Numbered from the stretch's first letter, positions 16,584-25,882 are shown. The stretch: 64,000 bases of DNA from an uncultured Christensenellaceae bacterium (GCA_964432485.1 CAYSNP010000001.1:22043-86042), one strand, 5' to 3'. Notes: generated by a model not told the origin, from the letters alone. Numbers and translations: made by a program.

Positions 16584-16595
16584 GATTATTTGTTC
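16584..16595 (+). promoter_or_regulatory. possible degenerate LexA (Cheo-type) box GATTATTTGTTC
   Basis: It lies just downstream of the putative -10. It matches GAAC-N4-GTTC at the right half only, with 2 mismatches in the left half. Confidence 0.3.
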
Positions 16596-16619
16596 TTATT
16601 TTATAAGGAGGGTTATTTT

Positions 16620-17237
16620 ATGACAAAAAGATTGGAAATGAAGGAAAAGCTGCAAGATATATTGGATTTTATTATTCAATGGACAGAGCAAAACGGGTAT
16701 CCGCCTACCATTAGGGAGATTTGCGACGGATTGCAAATTAGTTCCACCTCTTCGGCGCATTACTATGTAAAAAAGCTGCAAAAGGCGGGGAAGCTGGCCA
16801 TTGATAAGAATAAATCCCGAGCTATCGGTATTTCCGCTAAGCAGTTGCAGCCTAAAGACACTGTCAAAGTGCCTTATATCGGCAGAGTCCCTGCCGGCGT
16901 GCCTCGGCTTGCTTTTAGTGATGATATGGAAGTTTTTTATTTGCCTAACGGACTTTTTAATGCCAAAGGCGAGCTTTTTATGTTGGATGTTATAGGTTCA
17001 AGCATGATAAATGATGGCATTTTAGACGGAGATAAAATTATTGTGCGAAGCCAAAATACCGCAAATAACGGTGAAATTGTTGTAGCAAGGATTGACGAGG
17101 AGAATTGTACGGTAAAACGCTTTTATAAAGAGGAAAATCAAATCAAATTAATGCCTGCAAATGACAATATGTTGCCTATTTATTCGCAAAATGTTATGAT
17201 ACTAGGAAAGGTCGTTGGGATATTGCGCAATATTTGA
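16620..17237 (+). CDS. lexA: LexA repressor (SOS regulator, S24 peptidase)
   Basis: AAGGAGG precedes the ATG at 16620. N-terminal wHTH (GYPPTIREICDGL), cleavage-site region GRVPAGVP, and Ser/Lys dyad contexts GSSM and VKRF. Confidence 0.95.
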   Translation: MTKRLEMKEKLQDILDFIIQWTEQNGYPPTIREICDGLQISSTSSAHYYVKKLQKAGKLAIDKNKSRAIGISAKQLQPKDTVKVPYIGRVPAGVPRLAFSDDMEVFYLPNGLFNAKGELFMLDVIGSSMINDGILDGDKIIVRSQNTANNGEIVVARIDEENCTVKRFYKEENQIKLMPANDNMLPIYSQNVMILGKVVGILRNI

Positions 17238-17299
17238 CTTTTTATCTTTTTTTTGTTATCATTTTGATATAAATATATATAACATAAGTTAAGGAAAAT

Positions 17300-18550
17300 A
17301 TGAATACTGCTGTTACTGATTTAATAAGAGTTCATGTAGATATTATTGTACTCAAAACCTTAGAGCAAGAAGACAGATACGGATTGGAAATACTTGCCGC
17401 TGTTACCGACGCCAGCGCCGCTAAATACGAAATAAAGCAGCCGACTCTGTACAATATCTTAAAAAGGTTAGAAAAACAAGGGCTGATAGAAAGCTACGAC
17501 GGGGAAGAATCTTTAGGCGCAAAACGCAAGTATTTTAAGCTGACCGCAGAAGGTAAAGAATATTTAGAAAACTATCAAAATGATTGGATTTACACTAGAA
17601 CCTTGCTTGATAGTCTTATAAGCAGCGAACAAATTGATTTGGAAAATTACACACCGCCTTTTGATGCTTCCGCCTTGCGCCCTTTGACTAAAAGGGCAAG
17701 GGTAGAAGAAGATGAGCCAGAAAGTGATGCTGAAGACCAAACAGAATTTGCTCCTAAGGAAAAAGAAAGAGTGCCTTTATTTGTGACCAAGCCCTATCTT
17801 GCCTCAGCGCCTCAAGCCGCTGAAGTGCTTGAAGAAGATAAAGAAAATCGAGATAAAGCAAGCCGAATGCTGTGTATAGGCAAATATGCGCCCAAGCCCG
17901 GCTATAAAATTACTGATGATAGTATTAAAAACCCTGCCACAAAGAGCAGAAATACTATTTTTCATAAAATCTTTACCGAATCTATGGAGAGATTCCACGA
18001 AAAGCCCAAAATGGTGAACATTCGCCCTAAAGCAATGCACTTTAATGATTTAGCTGTTGCATATAAGAATCAAGGGATAGCGCTTCAATCTTATAATTCT
18101 TTAGATAGGGTAGCTTTTTATAAGAATAACTTTATAATAATCAATAAAATAAAATTCATTGCCGCTATGCTGACTTTTTTAATCCTTGCAGCAGAGCTAG
18201 CCTTGCTTTACTTTTTTAATGATTACTTAACTTTACCGAGTTATGTATATCCTGCTATTGCTCTTGCGGCATTCCCCTATTTTCAAGCAATCCGTTATGC
18301 AGTTGCTCCCAAAGCTCGGCAACTTCTCAATTACAACTTCTATATTTCTGCATTAGCTTCGCTAATAATATTTTTCTTATGTATTAGTTTAAGCTCAATA
18401 CTGTTTATTGTATCTCCTGATTTGGGCGTAACATTTACAGACCCCCTATTTTACGCTCCTTGGCTGATACTATCCAACTTAGTGGTTTATCAGTTGATAT
18501 ACAGGCAACTTTTTGTATCCAAAAGATACCATTGCAAATCTGCAATATAA
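17300..18550 (+). CDS. PadR-family winged-helix regulator fused to a C-terminal polytopic membrane domain
   Basis: The N-terminus VDIIVLKTLEQEDRYGLEI...IKQPTLYNILKRLEKQGLIESY is PadR-like. An acidic linker follows, then about 4 predicted TM helices in the last roughly 140 aa. Confidence 0.75.
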   Translation: MNTAVTDLIRVHVDIIVLKTLEQEDRYGLEILAAVTDASAAKYEIKQPTLYNILKRLEKQGLIESYDGEESLGAKRKYFKLTAEGKEYLENYQNDWIYTRTLLDSLISSEQIDLENYTPPFDASALRPLTKRARVEEDEPESDAEDQTEFAPKEKERVPLFVTKPYLASAPQAAEVLEEDKENRDKASRMLCIGKYAPKPGYKITDDSIKNPATKSRNTIFHKIFTESMERFHEKPKMVNIRPKAMHFNDLAVAYKNQGIALQSYNSLDRVAFYKNNFIIINKIKFIAAMLTFLILAAELALLYFFNDYLTLPSYVYPAIALAAFPYFQAIRYAVAPKARQLLNYNFYISALASLIIFFLCISLSSILFIVSPDLGVTFTDPLFYAPWLILSNLVVYQLIYRQLFVSKRYHCKSAI

Positions 18551-18553
18551 GGC

Positions 18554-18712
18554 TTAATACGGTCCTTTGATATTGTTAGATGCTTGGTCAATTATTTCTT
18601 TAACTTGTGTAGAAATAGGCATTTTTTTTAATAATTGGCTATCATCTAAAGGTTTTTCTGCTATTTCGGCCTTTTTCTTTTTTTTGAACAATCTTTTAAT
18701 CACTTTTAGCAT
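18554..18712 (-). CDS. possible small protein (52 aa, basic N-terminus), below the ORF-track length cutoff
   Basis: ATG at 18712 lies 11 nt after the rnhA stop. Translation: MLKVIKRLFKKKKKAEIAEKPLDDSQLLKKMPISTQVKEIIDQASNNIKGPY. The SD is weak. Confidence 0.25.
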   Translation of the reverse strand: MLKVIKRLFKKKKKAEIAEKPLDDSQLLKKMPISTQVKEIIDQASNNIKGPY

Positions 18713-18723
18713 ATTCCAACCTA

Positions 18724-19158
18724 CTAATGCAACTTTTTAATTTCGTCTTTTGCCAGCTTGTCGCATTTGTTATTATATTCATTATCCGAATGCGCTTTTA
18801 CTTTAACAAAAGTCACCTTATGTTTTTGCACGATATCATAAAGAGGCTTCCAAATATCTGCATTTTTTCTATCATTTCCCTTATGCTTCCAATCCTTTAA
18901 GCGCCACTCATATATCCAACCTTTAATAAAGGGATTAAGGGCATAAGCGCTATCGCTATAAACAGTTACATTGCATTGCTCTTTTAATTGCGTAAGCCCG
19001 CTAAGTATAGCAAGCAGTTCCATTCGGTTATTGGTAGTATTATCATGCCCGCCGGAAATAATCTTTTCCTTATCTTTGTAAATAAGTATGGCTGCCCAAC
19101 CGCCTTTTCCCGGATTGCCGCTGCAAGCACCGTCTGTGTAAATATCCACCTTTTTCAC
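18724..19158 (-). CDS. rnhA: ribonuclease HI
   Basis: Motifs YTDGACSGNPGKGGWA, NNRMEL, DSAY and KAHSDNEYNNKCDKLA. The GTG at 19158 (GGAG 8 nt upstream, overlapping the proC stop in TAGTG) is favoured over the ATG at 19197 inside proC. Confidence 0.88.
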   Translation of the reverse strand: MKKVDIYTDGACSGNPGKGGWAAILIYKDKEKIISGGHDNTTNNRMELLAILSGLTQLKEQCNVTVYSDSAYALNPFIKGWIYEWRLKDWKHKGNDRKNADIWKPLYDIVQKHKVTFVKVKAHSDNEYNNKCDKLAKDEIKKLH

Positions 19159-19961
19159 TAACTGTTCTCCGAAAGGTCGGCGGAGCGCATTCTGCAAGCA
19201 TCAATACCTTCTATAAGTATCTCCTGCAGCCTTTTTTGCTTAAAAACTTGTACAGCTTCTATAGTGGTACCGCCTTTGCTGCAAACTTTTTCCACCATTA
19301 GGTCTAAAGGGATGCTAGAAAGTGCCGCAAACTTAGCGGAGCCAATTAGAGTTGCCGCCGCCATTTTTTTGCTTTCGTCTGCAGTTAGGCCGCCTTTACA
19401 GCCTGCTTTAATCATAGCATCCATAATCATATACACATAAGCAGGACCGCTGCCGCAAATACAAGTAAAAGCATCGAATTTTTCTTCTGTCAGCTCAATT
19501 ACTGCTCCGCAAGCGGATAAAATCTTTATTAAGTAATCTTTGTACTCTTTACCCATACCGTCAAAGCAAACAGCACTAATGCCTTCGCCAATAGCCGCAG
19601 GCGTATTGGGCATAATGCGGGCTATACCAACATTTTTATTGGCAAGTTTAGACTTTAAGCTATTAATTTTAACCCCTGCCATAATGCTGGCTAAGTTATT
19701 AATCCTTGCTGTGTCAAGGTCAGCAAGCACTTGAGTATAATTTTGCGGTTTAACTGCCAGCAAGACTATATCGGAAGAGTTTACAAGTTCATTTATATCT
19801 TTTGGGATATATATTTTTTTAGCTGCTAACTCTTGTCTTCGCTCGGCAGATATATCAAAAGCGCATATTTCAGCTGCGCTAAACTGCTTGCTGGCAAGCA
19901 TCCTATCTATTATTGTGCCTGCCATAACGCCGGCACCTATAAAGCCAATCTTAAATTTCAT
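19158..19961 (-). CDS. proC: pyrroline-5-carboxylate reductase
   Basis: ATG at 19961 is preceded by GGAGGG. Rossmann motif IGFIGAGVMAG and the ProC C-terminal motif GSGPAY...SKGGTT are present. Confidence 0.9.
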   Translation of the reverse strand: MKFKIGFIGAGVMAGTIIDRMLASKQFSAAEICAFDISAERRQELAAKKIYIPKDINELVNSSDIVLLAVKPQNYTQVLADLDTARINNLASIMAGVKINSLKSKLANKNVGIARIMPNTPAAIGEGISAVCFDGMGKEYKDYLIKILSACGAVIELTEEKFDAFTCICGSGPAYVYMIMDAMIKAGCKGGLTADESKKMAAATLIGSAKFAALSSIPLDLMVEKVCSKGGTTIEAVQVFKQKRLQEILIEGIDACRMRSADLSENS

Positions 19962-19978
19962 AAACCCTCCGTTAATGT

Positions 19979-20008
19979 TTGACATAGGGCAGTATTTTAA
20001 GTTATAAT
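19979..20008 (+). promoter_or_regulatory. near-consensus promoter for tRNA-Trp (TTGACA-N18-TATAAT)
   Basis: TTGACA at 19979-19984 and TATAAT at 20003-20008, 11 nt upstream of the tRNA 5' end. Confidence 0.6.
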
Positions 20009-20019
20009 ATTCGGGCTGA

Positions 20020-20094
20020 AGGGGAGTGGCTCAACGGTAGAGTAGTGGTCTCCAAAACCATTGGTTGCGTGTTCGAATCGCGTCTCCCCTGCCA
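20020..20094 (+). tRNA. trnW: tRNA-Trp (anticodon CCA), with encoded 3' CCA
   Basis: Manual cloverleaf: acceptor AGGGGAG/CTCCCCT, D arm GCTC/GAGT, anticodon stem GTGGT/ACCAT with loop CTCCAAA, T arm GCGTG-TTCGAAT-CGCGT, discriminator G, and CCA. Confidence 0.95.
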
Positions 20095-20102
20095 TAAAGC
20101 GT

Positions 20103-20126
20103 AAGGCGCATTTGCGCCTTTTTTGT
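20103..20126 (+). terminator. rho-independent terminator after tRNA-Trp
   Basis: AAGGCG-CATTTG-CGCCTT stem-loop followed by TTTTGTTT. Confidence 0.7.
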
Positions 20127-20145
20127 TTGGCGCACTTTTTGTTTG

Positions 20146-21567
20146 CTAAACTTTTATATCCCCGCCCTGCTTTAAGATATGAGCAGCTACAATAGGCTCA
20201 ATATACTTATTGATAAACTCATCCACCTGGCCGATGCTGCGCCCAATATACCTTTTAGCAGATAAAAGCTCCTCTATATTGCTATGGACAGCGGCAAAGG
20301 CATTGTCTTTTATAATCCTTTCTATTAAATCGTTATCTTTGCCTTCTTCTTTAACCCTTTTGCCTGCTTCCATAGAATGCAACCTTATTTGTTCGTGCAA
20401 CTTTTGCCTGTCACCGCCAGCCTTTACACATTGCATTAAGATATTTTCCGTTGCCATAAAGGGCAGCTCTTGCTCAATATGCTTTGCAATAATTTTTGGG
20501 TAAACTACCAATCCGCTTGTTACATTAAGCATAAGCTCCAAAATAGCATCAGCGGCTAAGAATGCTTGCCCCATAACTATCCTGCGGTTGGCAGAGTCGT
20601 CTAAGGTGCGCTCCAGCCATTGCGTACAAGCAGTTGCGGCGCAATTGGCAGGCAAAGAAATTAAGTAACGAGCAAGAGAACATATCCGCTCGGTACGCAT
20701 TGGATTGCGCTTATAAGCCATAGCGCTTGAGCCGATTTGGCTTTTTTCAAAAGGCTCTTCTAACTCTTTCATACTTTGCAAGATGCGTATATCGTTGCCA
20801 AACTTGGCAGCACTTTGAGCTAGCATACTTAACAGGCAAGTAATATTGTAGTCGTATTTGCGAGTATAAGTTTGTCCTGATACTGCAAATGCCTGCTTAA
20901 AACCCATTTTTTCTAGTATTTTTTGCTCTAAATGCACTACCTTTGTATGGTCGCCTTCAAACAGTTGCAGAAAACTTGCTTGCGTGCCGGTAGTGCCTTT
21001 TATGCCTCTTAGCTTAAAATTACTTATAAAATCAGCAATATTATAGTAGTCAAGCAAAAAGTCTTGCAGCCAAAGAGTAGCTCTTTTGCCTACTGTAATA
21101 AGTTGCGCAGGCTGCAAATGTGTAAAACCTAAAGTGGGCAAATCTTTATATTTTTTGGCAAACTTTGCAAGATTTGCCATAACGCTAACGATTTTCTCAT
21201 TAATTAAATTGAGAGCTTCATAATAAATAATAAGGTCAGCATTATCTGTAACAAAACAGCTGGTAGCACCTAAATGAATAATAGGTGCGGCCTTTGGGCA
21301 TTGTAAGGAAAGCGCATAAATATGCGCCATTACATCATGCCTGACAGCTTTTTCTCTCTCTTGCGCAGCTGCAAAATTGATATTGTCAAGATTGGCTGCA
21401 AGTTCGTCAATTTGTGCTTGTGATATATTTAGCCCCAGCTCTTTTTGCGCAGCAGCCAAAGCTAACCAAAGTCTTCTAAAAAGCCCTATTCTCTTTTTTT
21501 CAGAAAATAGCTCTGACATTTCTCTGCCGGCATACCTGGTAACTAAAGGATTAGCGTATATTTCCAT
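20146..21567 (-). CDS. purB: adenylosuccinate lyase
   Basis: Fumarate-lyase signature GSSAMAYKRNP and an N-terminus NPLVTRYAGREM typical of PurB. 473 aa. Confidence 0.95.
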   Translation of the reverse strand: MEIYANPLVTRYAGREMSELFSEKKRIGLFRRLWLALAAAQKELGLNISQAQIDELAANLDNINFAAAQEREKAVRHDVMAHIYALSLQCPKAAPIIHLGATSCFVTDNADLIIYYEALNLINEKIVSVMANLAKFAKKYKDLPTLGFTHLQPAQLITVGKRATLWLQDFLLDYYNIADFISNFKLRGIKGTTGTQASFLQLFEGDHTKVVHLEQKILEKMGFKQAFAVSGQTYTRKYDYNITCLLSMLAQSAAKFGNDIRILQSMKELEEPFEKSQIGSSAMAYKRNPMRTERICSLARYLISLPANCAATACTQWLERTLDDSANRRIVMGQAFLAADAILELMLNVTSGLVVYPKIIAKHIEQELPFMATENILMQCVKAGGDRQKLHEQIRLHSMEAGKRVKEEGKDNDLIERIIKDNAFAAVHSNIEELLSAKRYIGRSIGQVDEFINKYIEPIVAAHILKQGGDIKV

Positions 21568-21584
21568 TATTCCTCATCTTATAA

Positions 21585-21609
21585 TTAAAAACCACCTTGC
21601 GGTGGTTCA
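21585..21609 (-). terminator. rho-independent terminator after ispH/rpsA
   Basis: The minus strand reads GAACCACC-GCAA-GGTGGTTT followed by TTTAATT. Confidence 0.7.
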
Positions 21610-21614
21610 AATTC

Positions 21615-23951
21615 TTAATTATCTTCAAAGTCCGCAAGATTTAAGTCTTTGAATACATCGGCAAAAGTTGCACCGTTACTTTGCGAAACATATTGTCTGG
21701 GAATCTCTTCCTGCGCGTTGTCCTTTTTGCTGCCTTTGCCCTTTGTAGGCCTGCCTTTTTTGGTAACAACTTCGGCGGATTGAGTGTCTTCTTGAACTGT
21801 TTCGGCCTCTGCTTCTGCCACTTCTTCTTCAGGCAAAAGCTCCTTTATTGACAAAGTAATTTTATTATCTTCAAATCCAATAATCTTGGCTTCTATTTCG
21901 TCGCCCTCTTTAAGAGCTTCATTGGCATCCTTAATCCACTTGTGACCTATTTGACTGACATGTACCAGTCCGTCTACACCCGGTTCAATTTCCACAAAAG
22001 CACCGTAAGGTTTAATGCGCTCAACTCTGCCCTTTACTATGCTGCCTACCGGATATTTTTCCGCCGCAATCTCATAAGGTTGCTTCTGCAACTGCTTATA
22101 GCCTATGCTCACTTTATTATTAGCTCTGTCAATACGCAGCACCAAGAAGTCATAAGTTTGGTTAAGCTCCAAAACTTCTGCAGGACTATTGATTTTTGTC
22201 CAAGATAAATCACTGATATGAGCAAGACAATCAAATCCATTTACACTTACAAAAGCGCCAAAAGCAGAGAATCTTTTTACCTTGCCTTGCACTACGGTAT
22301 CCACATTAAGGTTGTCCCAAAACTCGTCCTCTTTTTCTTTCTTTTCTTGCTCTAATACTATCCTTTGGCTGGCAACTATCCTCTTAGGGTTAATGCGGCG
22401 TTTTTCTCCTTCCTCATCTTCCTGCACTTCTTTGGGGGGGAGCATCTTTAGTCGCAATGGCTTATTAAGATAATCGGCTAAATTTTTAACATACCCTATC
22501 TTAATTTGGCTTGCGGGTACAAAAATCGTATAACTTCCCAGCCTGCCAAGCAGTCCGCCTTTAATTTCTTTATAGCATGCTAAAGTAAATTCTTCCCCTT
22601 CCAGGATACCTTTAACTTTTTCGTCATCTATCTTAAGAGCATCGAAATCTTTTTTAGAAAGGTTAATAGCCTTTGACCTGCTATCTTGGGTCTTTGCAAT
22701 AATAATAACTTCTAAAATGTCGCCTGTCTGAAAATTCTCAGGATTATATTCACCTTCTAGCTCCACTTCGTCCTTATCGATAAAGCCGCTGTCATTCTTG
22801 CCGACAGCACCGCTTTCTATTGCTACTGAAATCCCGGAGGGGTCAGCACTTATTACTCTTACTTTTAATTTAGCGCCTTTTTTATAAGACTTGGGAGCAA
22901 ACTTCTTCATTCCTTCCGCCATTGTAAGCACTTCTTCTTTTTTAGCTTTAGGTTTGGCTAAAGGCTCGGGTTCTGCTTGTGCTACTACTTCTGGCACTTT
23001 AATAATTTTTTCAATAGACTCTTCTTCTTTTTGCGGTAATTCTGCAGTATTGTTTGCTTCTTCTTTTGTTTGAGCGGTTTCTTCCGCTTCCGGTTTGGGT
23101 TGAGTGTTAGGGTTAAGTTCGACCATCTTGTTTAGGACCTCCGTTATCAGTTCCTTAGGAACTGAAGCGCTGGATACTATGCCCAGCTTTGCAATATGTA
23201 TATTTTGCAACGATATTAAATCGTTTACATTCTCTATAAGATATACCTTGCTACTTTCTTTAGCGCAAATTTCCAACAATCTATTTGCATTGGAACTGCC
23301 TTTATCACCTACTATAATGGTAGTGTCGGCTTCCTGCGCTATTTGTTTTGCTTCGGTTTGTCTTTTAACAGTAGTATAGCAAATACTATCGAAGAAAACA
23401 ACCTTTTTGCAGGTATCTTTTGCATAAACGGTATATTTTTCTTTAAGATTACGGTAGTTTTCTATGTTAAAAGTAGTTTGCGCCACCCAAAATATATTTT
23501 CGCCTTCTATGCTCGCAAAATCCTGCTCATCTTGCACAATAAAGACTTTTTTCCCCCAGCCTGCAATGCCTTCAACTTCAGGATGCCCTTTATGCCCTAC
23601 AATTACAATAGTATAGCCTTTATCGCTATATTCATTAACCTTTTTATGAATCCTTTGAATATACTGGCAACTTGCATCAATTATCGTAGCCCTCCTATCT
23701 TGTAAAGCCTTGATAACTTGAGGCGAAACCCCATGAGCACGAGTAATAACTGTACTGCCCTTTGGTATAGCCTCTATATCCTTGATGCTTACTATCCCTT
23801 TGCTGCTTAACTTGCGAACTATCTCCTTATTGTGTATTAAATCCCCATAAGTATAGACTTTACCATATTCTTCACTAGCTTCCAATGCTAGCTGCAAAGC
23901 TCTGCTTACGCCTTGACAATAGCCTATATTTTGGGCTATTTTAATTTGCAT
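21615..23951 (-). CDS. ispH: bifunctional IspH (HMBPP reductase, LytB) / ribosomal protein S1-repeat fusion
   Basis: N-terminal ~280 aa are LytB-like (GYCQGVSRAL, HNKEIV). A Lys/Glu/Pro-rich linker follows, then four S1 domains (e.g. GKVKRFSAFGAFVSV, GRVERIKPYGAFVEI). It sits downstream of cmk, where rpsA normally lies. Confidence 0.9.
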   Translation of the reverse strand: MQIKIAQNIGYCQGVSRALQLALEASEEYGKVYTYGDLIHNKEIVRKLSSKGIVSIKDIEAIPKGSTVITRAHGVSPQVIKALQDRRATIIDASCQYIQRIHKKVNEYSDKGYTIVIVGHKGHPEVEGIAGWGKKVFIVQDEQDFASIEGENIFWVAQTTFNIENYRNLKEKYTVYAKDTCKKVVFFDSICYTTVKRQTEAKQIAQEADTTIIVGDKGSSNANRLLEICAKESSKVYLIENVNDLISLQNIHIAKLGIVSSASVPKELITEVLNKMVELNPNTQPKPEAEETAQTKEEANNTAELPQKEEESIEKIIKVPEVVAQAEPEPLAKPKAKKEEVLTMAEGMKKFAPKSYKKGAKLKVRVISADPSGISVAIESGAVGKNDSGFIDKDEVELEGEYNPENFQTGDILEVIIIAKTQDSRSKAINLSKKDFDALKIDDEKVKGILEGEEFTLACYKEIKGGLLGRLGSYTIFVPASQIKIGYVKNLADYLNKPLRLKMLPPKEVQEDEEGEKRRINPKRIVASQRIVLEQEKKEKEDEFWDNLNVDTVVQGKVKRFSAFGAFVSVNGFDCLAHISDLSWTKINSPAEVLELNQTYDFLVLRIDRANNKVSIGYKQLQKQPYEIAAEKYPVGSIVKGRVERIKPYGAFVEIEPGVDGLVHVSQIGHKWIKDANEALKEGDEIEAKIIGFEDNKITLSIKELLPEEEVAEAEAETVQEDTQSAEVVTKKGRPTKGKGSKKDNAQEEIPRQYVSQSNGATFADVFKDLNLADFEDN

Positions 23952-24601
23952 ATAATCTTATTAAACTCCCTTTTTGTTTGCTCAATACTCAAATGCGTTG
24001 TGTCTATAACTAAAGCATCTGCAGCGGCAACTAAAGGCGCAAAAGCTCTGGTGCTGTCTTGCTTATCTCGTGCTATTGTATCGGCTAATACCTGTTCATA
24101 ACTAAGCAAGCTGCCCTTTTCTACAAGTTCTAAATACCTTCGCCTTGCGCGCTCCTCAGGCTGAGCAGTTAAAAAAATCTTAACAGTAGCATTAGGCAAA
24201 ACAAATGAGCCAATATCCCTGCCGTCTAGTACGCAATCATTTTCGCTTGCAATTTTTTGCTGCAATTCTACCAATTTTAGCCGCACTTCACGAATTTTTG
24301 AAACTGTGGAAGCACCCATAGAAATATTATGTTCTCTTAAGTAGTCAGTTACATCTTTTTCGCAAATTATTACTCTTTGCGCTCCGTTATGATATTTTAT
24401 TTTTATATCTATATCATTGAGTATGCTAATGACATCTTTTTCGTTTTCAGGGTCAATCCCTTTGTTTATCACATACCACGCTACGCCTCTATACATAGCT
24501 CCCGTATCCAAATAAAGGATACCCAGCTCTTTTGCCATATACTTTGCAAAAGTGCTTTTGCCCGCTCCGCTTGGTCCGTCAATAGCTATATTCAGTTTCA
24601 T
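23936..24601 (-). CDS. cmk: cytidylate kinase
   Basis: P-loop IAIDGPSGAGKST and LDTGAMYR. Confidence 0.95.
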   Translation of the reverse strand: MKLNIAIDGPSGAGKSTFAKYMAKELGILYLDTGAMYRGVAWYVINKGIDPENEKDVISILNDIDIKIKYHNGAQRVIICEKDVTDYLREHNISMGASTVSKIREVRLKLVELQQKIASENDCVLDGRDIGSFVLPNATVKIFLTAQPEERARRRYLELVEKGSLLSYEQVLADTIARDKQDSTRAFAPLVAAADALVIDTTHLSIEQTKREFNKIICKLK

Positions 24602-25866
24602 TTTCTCTCCTCATCAGCCAAATTAATTCCTGCTAAGTAACCGGTAGAAAAAGCAATTTGCAAGTTATATCCTCCGGTTAGTGCATCAACATCGATTATT
24701 TCACCTGCAAAAGCTAAATTTCCAATAATCTTGCTGCGCATAGTAGAAGGATTTATTTCTCGTGTGTCCACTCCGCCGGCTGTAATTACCGCAGAATTAA
24801 TATCGGCCAGCCCTTTTATTTCAAAAGTAAGGCTCTTTAGCAGCTTTACTAACTGCATCCTTTCTTCTTTGGTTATTGCATTTACACTTTTTTCTGCATC
24901 TATATCGGATAAAGTAATTATAAACCCTATTAGTTTGCTTGGCAATAGCTCATGCAACGAATTCTTATACATTTTATTGCAAAACTTTTCAAAATCTCTA
25001 AGCAGTCTTGCATCTAAAGTGTTGTAATCAAGTGCGGGTTTAAGGTCTATTGCCAGCCTTAGTTCGTTTGAATCCAATCTATTAATATAGCTGCTAAGGG
25101 TAAGAATAATAGGCCCGCTTACGCCCTTATCAGTAAAAAGCATTTCCCCAAACTCTGATTTTATCGCTTTGCCATTTTGAGAATATACCGTAGCAAGCAC
25201 ATTTTTTAAGCTAAGCCCCTCTAAGGAAGGCAAATCTTTTAGTCTAAAAGTGTTTTTTGCACCCTTTGCGCTGCCCAGTTCAATACCGGTTAATGCAGCC
25301 ACAGGTCGCACTATTGTGTGCCCCAAACTTTTTGCAAGTGCATATCCGTCTCCGGTACTGCCGGTTGCCTTATAGCTACTGCCGCCCAACGCCAAAACAA
25401 ATTTGTCGGCAGTATAAACGCTCTTATTTGTGCATGCCTTACAAATCTTATTGTTGTCTGTCTCCAGCTTTTCGATTTTTTCGCAATATACAATTTTAAC
25501 GCCTACTCTTTTTAGCTCATTTTGCAATACTTTTATAATATCATTAGATTTTCCGCTAGCAGGAAAAACCCTGCCGCCTTGCTCTATTGCAAGCCGCACT
25601 CCAAGATTTTCAAAATAAGCTATAGTATCATGGTTCGAAAACTTATTAAATGCGGAAAATAAAAACTTTGGATTGGAGACAATATTGGCAAAAAACTCTT
25701 GCTTCTCGGCAATATTAGTAAGGTTACATCTGCCTTTACCTGTTATAAAGAGCTTTTTACCTAAACGCTCATTTTTTTCTATTAAAGTTACATCCAAGCC
25801 TGACTTTGCCGCTTCTATAGCGCAAATCATTCCCGATGCTCCGCCTCCGCATACAATAGCTTTCAA
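24598..25866 (-). CDS. HI0933/BaiN-family NAD(P)/FAD-dependent flavoprotein
   Basis: N-terminal dinucleotide motif VCGGGASGM...IEKNERLGKKLFITGKGRCNLTN is characteristic of this family. Confidence 0.85.
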   Translation of the reverse strand: MKAIVCGGGASGMICAIEAAKSGLDVTLIEKNERLGKKLFITGKGRCNLTNIAEKQEFFANIVSNPKFLFSAFNKFSNHDTIAYFENLGVRLAIEQGGRVFPASGKSNDIIKVLQNELKRVGVKIVYCEKIEKLETDNNKICKACTNKSVYTADKFVLALGGSSYKATGSTGDGYALAKSLGHTIVRPVAALTGIELGSAKGAKNTFRLKDLPSLEGLSLKNVLATVYSQNGKAIKSEFGEMLFTDKGVSGPIILTLSSYINRLDSNELRLAIDLKPALDYNTLDARLLRDFEKFCNKMYKNSLHELLPSKLIGFIITLSDIDAEKSVNAITKEERMQLVKLLKSLTFEIKGLADINSAVITAGGVDTREINPSTMRSKIIGNLAFAGEIIDVDALTGGYNLQIAFSTGYLAGINLADEERK

Positions 25867-25882
25867 TATTTATATCCTTTGA

